A DNA stretch of 64,000 nucleotides. Source: Azolla caroliniana. Taxonomy: Eukaryota > Plantae > Polypodiophyta. This document shows positions 9,727 to 23,300 of this stretch, in pieces; position 1 is the stretch's first letter, and each line of letters begins with the position of its first letter. A model generated the notes under the pieces. The model ran no database searches. It was not told where the DNA came from and saw only the letters and a program-made list of their open reading frames with translations. Location: contig JBHGNT010000011.1 in NCBI GenBank assembly GCA_043228905.1, forward strand, positions 3,410,001-3,474,000, read 5' to 3'. The translations under genes were made by a program, and so were the position numbers.

Positions 9727-11404
9727 GAGAGCACATTTTTGAGGTTTTATAAATCAAGTGCGGTTGGTAATTCAGATGCATCCCACGCGTTATCTAATGG
9801 ATTCATCTCGAGTCGGGTTAGTGGGCACTATATTGACTGGCATGGCATTGTCATGGTTTGCTCCATTGCTAGAAGCAAATTCTCCCCTACTCAACAACTT
9901 TGAAGAATTTATCAAAGAGTTTAAGGCTTGCTTCGGAGACACAGATAGTGTAAGAATGGCAATCAACAAGATTTGTACATTGCGGCAAGGGGATCAACTA
10001 GCATCAACGTATGTAGCCAATTTTTGTCTCATTGCAAGTGATATTCCTTGGGACGAACAAGCCTTAATGGAGCAGTTTCGCTCGGGCCTCCGTGGAGATT
10101 TAAAAGATTTACTTCTTACCTTCCATGAGGATCCAAAATCCCTTACAAAAGCTATTAGCCAAGTTGTACGATGTGATAATCGGCCTTTTGAGCGTAGGTT
10201 TGAGCGACAACAACAACAAACAAGATCAAGATTTACACCAACTTATGCATCAGTGATGGCACAATCTCCAAGGCAACAATATAGCCCCGTCCCAACTCCA
10301 CGGCAAGCACGTAGCCCAACACCAATGGATAGCCTGGCACCAATGGAGATTGATATGACCTGACAACGAGGACCTCTATCAGATGAAGAGAAACAATGTC
10401 GTTGAGCAAATCGACTATGCTTATATTGTGGAGGTCCAAGACATATTGCCATTCACTGCTCGCATAGACCGAGACGTCATGTACATCACATTAACTATGA
10501 TAATAGAAATGAGTCTAGCATTGTTGAAAATGTGCCAACTAGTGTTTCTAGTAATCCAACTCTATCCAATAAGTTTGAGGTCCTAAGCCAATTAGAAGAG
10601 GAGTCAAACAAATAAGTTCGGCCAAAATTGGAGCCGTTTGGTTGGACAGTCCTAGATCTATACAACCTTGTGTGGGTTCCATCTCTTCCAAGCATGTTAG
10701 TAGAGTTTTCTCAACCCAAGTACAAGTTAGGACACCAAGTTGTCAACTTCATATCCCAACTCTCTTAGATACCGGAGCCAATTCTTGTTTCATGGATAGA
10801 GATTTTGCCCGAAAACATCAAATACCCTTGCATAAACTTCCTTGCCTAGTTTTCGTAGTAGTGATTGATGGTTGTCCCATAGCTTCTGGAAAGATATTCG
10901 AGGAGTCTGAGCTGATACACATACTCTTAGGTGATTTAGGATGTTTAGTTTCCTTTAATATAATCTGTAGCCTTGAGCACCAATAGTCCTTGGTTTGCCT
11001 TGGTTTGAGCTACACAACCCAATAATTGATTAGAGACGACGAGAAATTAGGTGCCCTTCAAAAGGAAACATAATAGTCAAGGGTCGAACCCAGGATCCTC
11101 CCCTTGAAAAACATAGTGGTACCAATTCACCCTCTACCAAACATGTTGTTCCTCTTCATCAAATTTAACCATCACCCTACAACAATTATGCCAAGAAGGA
11201 GCAAAAGAAGATTTATTCTTATTTGCCATATCAGTTGTACCTTCTAGTGACACTCAAGGGAAGTTAGAGGGCTACATTCCTAAAAAGTATCAAGAATATG
11301 TTGATGTCTTCGACAAAGTCAAAGCTAGTGTACTTCCAAAGCATCGACCATACGATTGTCCCGTTGATCTACAACCAGGAAAAGAGCCACCATGGGGTCC
11401 AATC

Positions 11405-11797
11405 CATAGTTCCTAATATTCGCGTACGTCCAATTTACTGGACGTACGCGAACGTTTGCAAACGTACGCGTATGATACGCGATATTCGTTTGGCTTCTTT
11501 TTTTTTTTTGACTTTTTTTTGGTTTTTTAAATTTTTGATATTCATAATATTTTGTGAATAGAAGTGACATCTGACACACATACACACACACTCTCTCTCT
11601 CTCTCACACACGAGAACTAACAGATTTTCTCTCTCTACAAAATCTAGATATCTAATAAACATATTACATACTCCCTCACACAGACAAAACCCATAGCTCC
11701 TCTCTCTCTCTCTCTCTCTCTCTAGAGTCTAGATATACACTCACTCACTGTCTCCTCACACATGCAAAATAGGGCTTCTCTCTCTAGACCACACACG

Positions 11798-11832
<35 letters not shown>

Positions 11833-11995
11833 ACACACACACACACAATGTACACCATATACACCATATGTATATATAATATATCTATGTACCGCGTATG
11901 GATTTCAATCATACTTGGAGCCTTTTCACGTATGAGTATGATACGAATATTGGCGTTTGAGTATGACACGAATGGGACGTATGGCTAGAACTATG
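11405..11995. mobile_element. Non-autonomous hAT-type element (MITE), 591 bp, inserted at the start of RT
   Basis: TIR CATAGTTC/GAACTATG and perfect 8-bp TSD GTCCAATC (11397-11404, 11996-12003). CGTACG subterminal repeats, (CT)n/(CA)n interior. Removal restores [15 protein letters not shown]. Confidence 0.88.
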
Positions 11996-13514
11996 GTCCA
12001 ATCTACAATCTGTCACCAACGGAGCTTGAGGTTCTTCGAGCATACATTGACGAGAATCTTGCAAGGGGATTTATTCGACATTCAAAGTCTCCAGCTGGTG
12101 CTCCTATCTTTTTCGTGAAGAAAAAGGACGGCTCACTTCGTTTGGTCGTGGATTATCGTGGTTTAAATAAAGTCACAATAAGAAATAGGTATGCTCTACC
12201 TTTAATTTCCAGTCTTTTAGAGCGCATTGGTGGGGCAAAGAATTTTACCAAGATTGATCTAAGGGGTGCATATAATCTTGTTCGTATTCGACCAAGAGAT
12301 GTGGAAGACTGCATTTTGCACTCGGTATGGCCATTTCGAGTATACAGTCATGCCTTCTGGGCTCACAAATGTGCCCACCGTGTTTCAACATATGGCAAAT
12401 GACATTTTCCGAGATTTTCTAGATATCTTTCTCATCATCTATTTAGATGATCTATTGATTTACTCTAGAACGCAAGTGGAGCATGATATACATATGCGGA
12501 AGGTATTCCAATGCTTTAAGAGAGTATGGTCTTTATGCCAAATTGTAGAAGTGCAGTTTTGATTGCAAAGAAGTCGAGTTCTTGGGTTATACCATTTCAT
12601 CCAAAGGTATCTTCATGGATCTAGCGAAAGTTCAAACAATATTGGAATGGCATACTCCAAGTTCCGTCTGTGATGTCCAGTGTTTCCTTGGATTTGTAGA
12701 CTTCTACCGCAAATTCATATGGAATTATTCGAAGATTGTATTGCCACTCACTCAACTCACCAAGAGAAATCCAACATTTGTTTGGACTCTTGAAGCAGAC
12801 AAAGCCTTTACTCAGTTGAAAGAGGCATTCACATCAGCTCCCGTCTTAGCTCATGTTGATATGAAAAAACCATTTATCGTTGAGGCAGACGCATCCAACT
12901 TTGCATTGGGGAGCATCCTATCACAACTAGGTGAAGATGGGCAGTTGCATCCAGTCGCGTTTCCCTCAAGAAAATTTAATGTTGTAGAGATCAACTATGA
13001 GGTGCATGACAAAGAGTTACTAGCTGTGGTCGACTCTTTTGCGCAATGGCGACATTTCTTGGAAGGTTCGCCTCATCAAATCATCATTTACAGTGACCAC
13101 AAAAATCTTACATATTTTCAGACGACTCGAGTGCTAAATAGGCGACAAGCTCGGTGGGCGCAACTTTTAACTCGTTTTTATTTCAAGATCATTTTCCGCC
13201 CAAGGAAACAACAAGGGCAAGCAGATGCTCTATCTCGACGCTCATATTTGGCACTTTGCCCTGGAGATCCAACTTTCGACAATCAAAGGCAAGTTCCCCT
13301 TGGTCTAGCAAAACTACAAGCAACCACGGTTTGTGCCACGCCACTAGATTCAAGTCTGCTTGATACTATTCGACAACAACTTCACTCTGATGATTTTGCT
13401 AAGGATTTCTTCGCCCACCTTGGTCCAAATCATGCATTTTGCTCCACATTGCTAGGGACATCTCGACGCTATAAGGAGTTCAAGTGGCAAGATAACGTAC
13501 TTTTCTACAAGAAT

Positions 13515-16500
13515 TGTTGGCCATCTTAGCATCCTTGTTGAGGTGAATCTGGTGTTGATAGAGTTGGGGGTCTAGTCCCCGCATATCTTCGTAGGACCAG
13601 GTGAATACGTCCCGGAATTCTTTTAATAATGTTATCATTGCCGATTTGTCTTCCGATGACATCTCCTTGCCCACGTGTACCGGACGCGCTTCCTCTCCGG
13701 TGCCCAAATTTACTTCTTCTAGTTGGGATGCCTTTACTTGTTGGGATACCGCCATTTCCCGTTCCAAGGCTTCCTGTGCTTGGCGCAGTTCCCAGATTGC
13801 ATCCTTATCCGGTTCCTCATTGGCCTCTTCCATCTGCACGATGTATGGAGATACCGCTTCTACCACATCCACTTCTAACAAAGGGATTATCCTTGGGTTC
13901 TCTTCAAGGTAGCGATCCACCTCCTCATCGGGTAGTCTTGATAGCATGTTCACACTTTCGGCATATAGTGGGGTTACGTCTTTGCCGGGGCCTGCTTGCG
14001 GTTGCGTGGGTACCCTTACTTTCGTTTTCCCTCTTCGGAACGTAATATTGTTCTTCTGCCAATTTTGTTTGATATGGGCAGTCCTCAACCATGGTCTTCC
14101 CAGCAGTAGTGGGTATGCCCCTTGAGCGTTCATCTGGAGGACTACCGCAGAAATTCGGAAAGCATGGCCTCCGATCGTCACCTCCAAGTTTCGGATCAAG
14201 CCGGCCGGTCGGACTAAGCTGGTGTCCGCCATCCGGAGCCAGAATGGGCATGGTTCCCACTCCTGAATTCCCAAAGTGTCGCATGCCCGGACGCTTATCA
14301 CGTTTACTCCTGATCCGCCATCGACTATCGTACCCAGTAGCTCCCGTCCTTTAATAATCGTAGTGATTGCCGGACTACTGGTGTCCACCACTACCGGTCC
14401 TTCCTCCGAATTTGAAAAAAATGTCGGAGCCAGTGCAGGACTTAGCGGAGCCAACGCCGATTTCAACCCGTCGGTGAATCGGGGCACTAGTTGCAGTAAC
14501 TAACCCAGTGGTAATGTGATTTGGCATTCCTGAAGTGCTTGCCACGTGGGGTTCTCCGGTTGTGCCTTTACGATGAGTTCCTCCACTGCATTCGTGCGCT
14601 CTTTCATTTCGGTGACATTGCATTTGTTGGCCTTTTCAATCCATTCAGTGGCCTATTTTCGTATGGCCTCCTATGCTTCCCACTCGTCATCTTTCCTTTT
14701 GATCTGGTGGTGACTTGCTGTATATCCGCTACTTCTGCTACCACCATATTGACTGTTGGTCATTTTTCGCTACTTTTAACCGGACATTGGTTGTTGTAAT
14801 GACCTTCCCAGCCGCAATAGTAACAATACACCTTTCGGGTATTGCTAGATTCAGCTTTTGGCCCGGTACCCGGTTGAAATCCCGTTACCGCTTGGTTAGG
14901 TTCTTCTGTTCTTCTTTGTTCCGGTTGGGCGCTACTTATGCCTCTATCCGACTCTCGTTGGTACTCTTTTGTTGGCTACTGACGATCCTCTTTTGGAAAG
15001 TTCCATTTCTTAATAATGTGTTTGTTGTTCTTGTAACCCTACCGGTGCTAGTCTTCGTAGTCTCCTCGTTGGTCCTCCTTCCTCTGGTTGTAGCTAGGAG
15101 AGTAATTGCAACCATACCGGTCACTATTATAATCTTGGTTCCTATCATACCGGTTCCGGTCATAAGTATACCTTCTCCGGTCGTAATCCGGGGAGTAGTC
15201 CCGTTCATACCGATCTCAGTTGTAGCCTTCCCTGCGTCGGTCGTCGCAATCGCTCCCATAGTCGTCGCGTCTTCTATCATTATACCGATCCCCACGTTCT
15301 GGTCGGTATCAGTCCTCCCTCCGAAACCGTTCGTCGTCCGGTTCGTGACTGCTACTTGGTTCAATGATCCACACCGGTGCCGCTTGTCGGTTGAGCAAGT
15401 TGTACTCGCATCGGTCCGTTGTGTTTGCCCGTGAGTGGCAGATCATACATTGCGTCCTCATTGTGCAGTCTACCGTCGAATGGCCTAGGCTTAGACACGT
15501 TGTGCATTGCAACTCTTGGTGAAACCTAAGATCCTCCTTATTTGGAAGGGCCCTCTGCAAGGCTCCCATCGTCATTAGGGAGCTATGTTTATCCATTTCC
15601 AGCACCTGATCGATGACTTGATCCATTGTGCTAGCCTGGAAATCTAGTACCCCGTACATCGTTCGGAGGGGTTCCCGTAGAGCGGCCAGAAACACCGCTT
15701 TCGCCTCCTCCTCTAGAGGTGCCCTTGTTAACTGGATGTGTAGTGTTTGAAATCGGATGATAAATTGGGGCACCATCTCCTGCTCCTCTTGGTGGTTGTG
15801 TAAAACTGACCGACCAGTTCACATTGTTCCATTTGCCTATGGAATAGTCGGAGGAATTTGTTTTCAAGCCCTCAAATGTGGCAAAGTTTCCGGGTAGGTG
15901 CTTTGCATGCCAGCGGGCCGCCGGTCCCTTTAATGTCATGCCGAATTCGGTAATTTTTTACCATTCGGCTTCTGGTTTGGTCAGCCTTTGGGACACATGA
16001 TTCGCTTCCCATGTTTGTAAGAATGCATAGACGTGCGCCTCCGCATCAGGGTCATCACGGTACTTCGGATATGGGTGCATCATGGTGTAGTCTTCAGAAG
16101 GTTGTACCGGAGATGTGTGGTCTAGTTTGTGTGCGTGGTTTTCCGCTTTCTCCGCGGGTGGTGTTGGTGAGCCGTTCGATTCGTCTTCCGGAGTATCATG
16201 GTTGCTTTTGTAATTCGACTGAACGCTCTGTTCACTATCCGATTCCGACTCTAAGGTCGAGAATACCCTCGAGTCTCCGTTGCCTTTGGCAAGCGTCCGT
16301 AGTCGCGATTCTGCCTCTTGCAAGCTCGTTAGACCACTGCCCTCGTCAGAAAGTTGTTGTTTTTGGAACCGAAGTGCTTCTTCCGTGACCCTCCGAAACA
16401 CTCTGGGAAAAGACCGCCTTTGCTATCTTCGGGCTAGTCTTCTTCCTCGTTCGATGATTTGGTTGTTAGTCGGTCGAGACATCCATCCCCCGGTGTTCTC

Positions 16501-17022
16501 TGCTCACTGTAGAAATCGTGGTCGCCAAAAACGGTGTTATCCTTTAAGCTGGACAAGCCCTAACACAGGGTGTCCCTATGGAACACTTCACCAAAGGGTG
16601 GTACAGTGAGATATGGATGGACCGTGGTATCAAATGGGTCTTAACCGGTTACTAACTTGCACTGTTAATGATCGTAACACACGCGTAAGATTAATTATAT
16701 TAAGCACGGGAAGGTAACCAAATAGACACTAAACAATACGTAAAACAACAACACTTCTATTAATTATCCGTTCCTGATTACATTCTTACCAGGTCCTTTT
16801 ATAGGTCTCCGACTGAGTTACAAACTGGTGCCAACTGGCAACCGGCAACGATCTAGTCCGGATCCAAATCGGCATACCGATTCTGGGTCAGTCCACTCGC
16901 TTCTCAAAATAACAGAATACTTCTTAATTATAACTCCCTATCCCTAATTAAATACCCCTTTCACACTCTAGAGTCTAACCGGCCCTTTGGCCTTGCCAGC
17001 CCTTTGGCCTTGCCGGCCAACA
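13515..17022 (-). mobile_element. Truncated non-chromoviral Ty3/gypsy (Tat-like): 5' LTR, PBS, gag, protease, start of RT
   Basis: Perfect TSD AGAAT (13510-13514, 17023-17027). LTR 16535-17022. PBS TGGCGACCAC (tRNA-Arg type) at ~16518-16527. gag with two CCHC-like knuckles (15309-15776) and PR IVDGGSGVN...LLGRPWL (13480-14487). No 3' LTR. Confidence 0.88.
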
Positions 17023-17930
17023 AGAATCTCCTTTATGTCCCTGATGGATCACCACACCTTCAAGTGTTGAAGCACTATCATGATGCTCGTATGGCCGGAC
17101 ACTTTGGTATTGCTAAGACCATGGAGCTAGTGAAGCGATCATTTTGGTGGCCTCATTTACAACAATTTGTCGAAGATTACATTCGCACATGTGACACATG
17201 TTGTCGAGCTAAAATGCCTAGGCATCATCCTTATGGGTTGTTACAACCATTACCAACTCCGAGCAAGCCATGGCAGTCAATTTCTATGGATTTCATTACA
17301 GATCTGCCACCTTCACAAGGTTTTGATGCTATTTTAACCGTAGTGGATCGATTTACTAAGATGGCACATTTCTTGCCCTGCGTAAAAAACATCAATAGTC
17401 AAGAAACAGCAGATATCATTATGCATGAAGTATTTCGTCATCATGTTCTTCCAAAGTACATAATTAGTGATCATGGTCTGCAATTTATCTCTCACTTTTG
17501 GAAGCACCTATGTGACGGGCTACGAATCTCTTGCAAACTCTCTTCAGCATATCATCCCGAAACTGATGGCCAAACAAAGCGCACAAATCAAACACTTGAG
17601 CAATATCTTCGATGTTTTCATTAGATATCAACAAGATGATTGGAGTCATATATTGCATCGTGCAGAGTTTGCATACAATAACACCATACACTCTTTTACC
17701 AAGGTCACACCTTTCTATGCCCATACTGGCAACCATCCTCGATGGTGTCTCTTGGAGATTCCAGTGATCTCACCAAACCCTAGTACGGAGCAACACCTCC
17801 ACCGACTCCAACACCTCCAGTCCGATTTGTCTTCACATCTTCAGAAAGCTCAAGCCCAACATAAGGCCCATGTAGATCGACATCTTCTTCCGTCTCCATT
17901 CAAGGTTGGTGATCGGGTATGGTTGTTACA

Positions 17931-18045
17931 TCGTCACATAAAGACTACTCGACCATGTGATAAGCTAGATTATAAACACTTGGGTTCTGTCGTCACATAA
18001 AGACTACTCGACCATGTGATAAGCTAGATTATAAACACTTGGGTC
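17931..18045 (+). repeat. 59-bp tandem duplication in the integrase C-terminus
   Basis: CGTCACATAAAGACTACTCGACC... occurs at 17932 and 17991. Confidence 0.9.
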
Positions 18046-19232
18046 CTTTTGTCATCACAAAGCGGATTAAATGATGCAACATTCCATCTTGATCTTCCTG
18101 CAAATCTGCGGCTTCATCCAGTCTTTCACAACTCTCTTTTGGAACCTTGCCACACCAGCTCGATCCCTAATCATGTCGTGTCACCACCACCTCCTCTCCA
18201 ACTTGTTCATGGCCTAAAGTATGAGTTAGCCGCCATTCTCAATTCTAAGATTGTGCGCAATAAGTTGTATTATCTAGTTGATTGGCTAGGCTATACCCCG
18301 AGCGATCACACATGGTAACCCGTCAATAATGTTTGTAATGATCAAGCTCTTATCGATGACTTCCATCGTTGTTATCCCAACAAACCCAACCCTGCATTGT
18401 TTACAACTCCTTCCACTCGTCGTTTCAGAGGAGGAATAGTGTCATGAATCCATGAACATTATGCTTCACCTGGACTTGAACCCAAGATTGTGTCATGAAC
18501 ACATGACCATTATGGTGTCACCCGGACTTGAACCTCAAACCTTGTAATCCATAGTTGAAAACCTCAACCATTAAGATAGCTTATTTTCATATAAGAAGAT
18601 AAAAGCTACTTTCTATATTACATTGATTATTGTAAAAACTCTAGATCATTCTAGAATGTTCTAGAATTTCCTAGAACATTCTAGAACATTATAGATATCT
18701 CTAAGCTATTCTATAGGAACCTGTAAATAAGGGCATACATGTATCCTCAAATCAATTCGAATCAACACCAATGTTTAGCTCCAAGCCCACCTTGCATCCA
18801 ACTCACCTTGTAATCATTCTATTCTAATAAACTCATTCTTCTCTTATCAATCCATTCTCCTCTCTTCTTTTATTCTCTTATACCTTCTTCAATCGTTCAA
18901 TTTCTTACTTTGTTCTAACAATATGTGGGGAAGCTGAAACAAACACAACTGTCTCTATCGAACAACAACAGAAAACTCAGAGAAAAACAATGGAAGAACA
19001 CAGTACACAAGAGAGTCAGAGAGAGCAGAAGAGTCAAAACTCAATTCAAAATTTTTACGAGCATGACCATATAATATCCCGTGTGAGAATTTACCATAGT
19101 ATTCTATACACGTGGATAAAGTGTGAGGGTTAAACGAGAGTGTAAAGAAGGGGAGGATTACTTTTAATCCTCGGGATTCAAACAACCATTAGGACAAGTG
19201 TGAACTTGCCTGTGGGCCTTAGGTCTGGCTAT

Positions 19233-19500
19233 AAATATGAGTCCTAGCTACCCTCATTTGACACATTATTGACTACGTCGAGACTCTGACATTGTGGGGA
19301 AATTGCCTGATACCTGGAGAGATTTTGTCACAGTTTTCAAGGGCCAATTTCTGAAACCTCCAACTCAAATATGAGTCCTAGCTACCCTCATTTGACACAT
19401 TATTGACTACGTCGAGACTCTGACATTGTGGGGAAATTGCCTGATACCTGGAGAGATTTTGTCACAGTTTTCAAGGGCCAATTTCTGAAACCTCCAACTC
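19233..19500 (+). repeat. 134-bp tandem duplication spanning the LTR/gag deletion junction
   Basis: AAATATGAGTCCTAGCTACCC... occurs at 19233 and 19367. Confidence 0.9.
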
Positions 19501-20320
19501 AAACCGAGGCAGCACAAGCTTTAATGAACCTCTCTAGCAGGAAGTTTTCCTCTCTAGAAGACTATGTTCACCATGCTAGAACCCAAATCCAAAAATCGGG
19601 TTTAGAAGGGGACAACTTGTTAATAGCTTGTTTTGTCAATGGCATCCCCAATTCGGACTATCACTGGATAGTGCACGATAAGGATCCCAAATCCTTCGAA
19701 GAGGTCGTTGAAATAGTTCTTCTCTATCAACGCACTTCGAAGAAGGATCATAACAAACCCAACGACGTGCCCGGGACTAAGTAGTCACAATTCGCTGGGA
19801 AACGCAAGACACCCAACGAATTCATGGATCACGATTGTAAGCGACAACATCCTTTTTGCGTATTCTGCAAAAAGAAGGATCTCCCGTAAAATTTTTATTT
19901 GATTCGGGAAGCTCACACAATTTTGTGAATGATCATTTGGTTCAGATATGGGGAATCCAACCCACTGTAAGTGATCACACCTATAAGGTGCACTTGGCTT
20001 ATGGAAGAGTACAATACATCAACAGGGCAATTCATTCATCAGGAATTTCTATTTGATACTTATATAGAGAAAGTAGACTTCCATGTAATGAATCTTTGTA
20101 CCACTAATGTAATATTGGGTTATCCCTAGTTTTATAATAAAAACTCTTCTTTGTCTATTGATTGGGTTCACCATTCCATTTTCTTTGTATTGAACGATTG
20201 TACTCATTTTATTCAATTTGTAAATAAACAATCTCTTTCGATTGTTTCCTCTCCATCAATATCCGAGTTGTCTTGTTCTTCTTTAATTTATTGTGTACTT
20301 GATCCGAACATTCACGTTTA

Positions 20321-23300
20321 TGTTAGGAATCGACCGGCCACAACCGGTTACACATTCGTATTCATGTGCAGAAATCAAGAACTAGTACACATACAAAAAA
20401 AACATGAAGGCATAGACACACCGATATTTTACATGGAAAACCCGAAATGGGAAAAACCACGGGGTCCACAAACCCCGAGAAAACATATCACTATAGTAGA
20501 GATGAAGTACAAATATAGAACTTAGAGGCAATGACCTCAAATTCTCCTTCGTCTAACAGACGGCTACAGAGTTACACTCTCACTCTCTCACTCACGGTTA
20601 CAGAGGCAACTACCTCGTTCTAACTTTACGATAATGATCACACACACTTTACTCAAGTTTGCCCTAGTTGCTAATAAACAAAAGCAACTTTCTGTCTATT
20701 TACAAGTATAGCCCACAAGAGGCATTTTAGACTATTTACAATTATAGTCTTCCGAAACAATTTCGGTTTTCGGTTTCGATTTCGGCCTTGACCTTGACCT
20801 TGGCTGAGATACTCACCAACACAGTACTTCTCTTCCCATCCAGAGGGACATGTTTCCCAACAAACTCCCCCTTCACTCCGGCATGGGGTACTTCACCAAA
20901 CCAACTCTTTGTCAGCACACATTTAGCTTTTCAGCTAACAACACCTTCGTCAGCATATCCGATCCATTTTCGGCCGTGTGGATCTTCACAAGAGAAAACT
21001 CCTTTTCTTCTACTTGTTCTTGGAGCCAATGATATCTTCTCTGGATGTGTTTGGTCCTCAGGTGGTAGGTGGCATTTTTCGCAAGGTGGATAGCACTCTG
21101 GTTATCCCAATGGAGTTGGAATTCGTCCTGTCGAATTCACAACTCATCGATAAATTCCTTCATCCATATGATTTCCTTGTCAGCTTCCGTTGCAGCCATA
21201 TATTCGGCTTCCGTGGTTGATAGCACCATAGCCTTCTGCAGCCTCGACTGCCACGAAACAGCACCCCCTGCATAAGTCATTACGTATCCGGACATGGATC
21301 GACTGGTATCCATATCAACCGACATGTTCAAGTCAGTATAACCTTCCAGTGTGGGGTTAGCCGAACCGAAAGGAAGACACATGTTTGAGGTGCCTTTTAG
21401 GTACCGAAGTATCTACTTCACGACAACCAATTCTCTCTTCTAGGGTTACTCATATATCGGCTAACCACGTAGACTGCGTATCCTATGTCTAGCCTTGTAC
21501 ATACCATCGCATACATCAGACTTCCAATTGCCGAGGCATAAGGAACTTTTGACATCTCGGGCTTCTCAGTTTTTGATTTTGGACATTGTTTTTTGCTTAG
21601 CTTGCAGCTTGTCTACAGTGTCAAGTCGACCAGTTTCACGCTTTCCATGCCGAATCTCTAGAGCACCTTTGTCACATATTTTTCTTGTGACAACCACAAC
21701 AATTTCTTTATTCGATCCCGAACGTGCATCCCCAGGATTTGCTATGCCGGACCAATATCCTTCATCGAGAACGATCTGCTCAAAGCCTTCTTTAGCACTC
21801 AGATTTTCGTATGGTCCCATCCGACAATCAACATGTCATCCACGTACAATAGGAAGATGAGGAAATATCCTCCGTCGAATTTCTTCACAAATACGCAGTG
21901 ATCGGCTTGCGTTTTGTGGTACCCGTTGGATTCAAATGTTCGGTACCATTGCCGAGGAGCTTGGTTCAACCCATACAAGCTCTTCCTGAATCGGCATACC
22001 AGATTTCCTTTACCTTTTCCCACGAATCCTTCCGGCTGGTGCATGTATATCTCTTCCTCCAAATCTCCATGGAGGAAGGTAGTCTTGACGTCTAGTTGTT
22101 CAACTTCAAGATCCATGTTGGCCGCGATGCTCAACACAGTTCGGATTGACGTCATCTTTACGACCGAGGCAAATATTTCGTCAAAATCGACACCCTTCTT
22201 CTATCGAAAACCTTTCACGACGATTCGTGCTTTGTACCCAAGTGGATTCCCGCCATCTCCCGGTTTCAACTTGTGTATACCCATTTATTCCAAAGTGCCT
22301 TCTTTCCTCTTGATAGTTCGGTCAGTTCATATATGTGGTTCTCATGCAAGGAATCCATCTCCTCTTGCATGACACTCAACCATTTTGGGCTATGGGTATC
22401 TTCCTTAGCTTCTTCAAAGCTTTCCAGCTCCCCCTCATCAGTTAGTAGTACCCGTTCTTCATCTGAAAATCTTGGGGGGGGGGCTCCTCTCTCTTAGGGG
22501 ATATCTTCGGCCTCCGTTCGGCACGTTCGGTTCTTCTTCGACTTCTTCATCCGAGTCGAACTTGGTTCCTTGTTCAGTCGTTTCCCATCGTTCTTCAGTC
22601 GGTTCTCAATTTTTCCGAGTATTAGATCGGTCGACTGGCTCGGATTCGATTTCGATCGAATCGACTTCTACTCGATTCGACCAAGCATCGACTCAACTCA
22701 ATTCGGTAGTTGGATACTTATTCTCAATATCCCAATCGACTATTGTCTTTTCCTCCATGAAGACAATGTCACGGCTCCTAATCACCTTCCTATCGGCTAA
22801 GTCCCATAGTCAATAGCCAAACTCGTCCTCGTCGTAGTCGAGAAATATGCTTTGCCGAAATTTCAGGTCTTTTGCCACATGCACATAGGCAAGACAGCCG
22901 AACACCCTCAGATGTCGGTATGATAAGTCTTTGCCGCTCCACACCCTTTGTGGGATATCACCGTCCAAGGGTACTGAGGGTGATCAATTTATCACATACA
23001 TTGCCGTCATTAGCACCTCAGCCTAGAACGTCTTCGGTAACTTCGCATGTGCAAGCATACTTCAAACCCTTTCCATTACGGTCTGGTTCATTCTCTCTGC
23101 CAACCCATTAAGCTCTGGCGTCTTCGGCACGGTATACTCAAGCCGGATTCCTTGATTTTGGCAATATTCCTCAAACGACCCACAATACTCTCAGCCATTG
23201 TCTGCTCGGACTGCCTTCGGTTTTCGACCGGTTTCTCTCTCGGCCCTTGCTTGAAACTCTTTGAAGACAGATAACACTTGATCCTTCTTCTTCAGTACGG

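Larger units (their letters stand above)
8510..18920 (+). mobile_element. Ty3/gypsy chromovirus (Tcn1-like), structurally complete but decayed, with three nested insertions
   Basis: LTRs 8510-8981 and 18440-18920, PPT AGAGGAGGAATAG. gag 9036-9309 + 9732-10460 (CLYCG..H...C), PR LLDTGANSCF (10642-10986), RT with YLDD (~12004-12580), RH DAS/DHKNL (12582-13514), INT 17028-18000, chromodomain YELAAILNSK..YYLVDWLGY (~18218-18380). TSD imperfect (GTATG+gta / ATATG). Confidence 0.92.

Noticed and set aside
14715-15434. 239-aa hydrophobic ORF resembling env or a membrane protein
   Set aside because: It is the antisense of the low-complexity charged gag region of the Tat-like insert.
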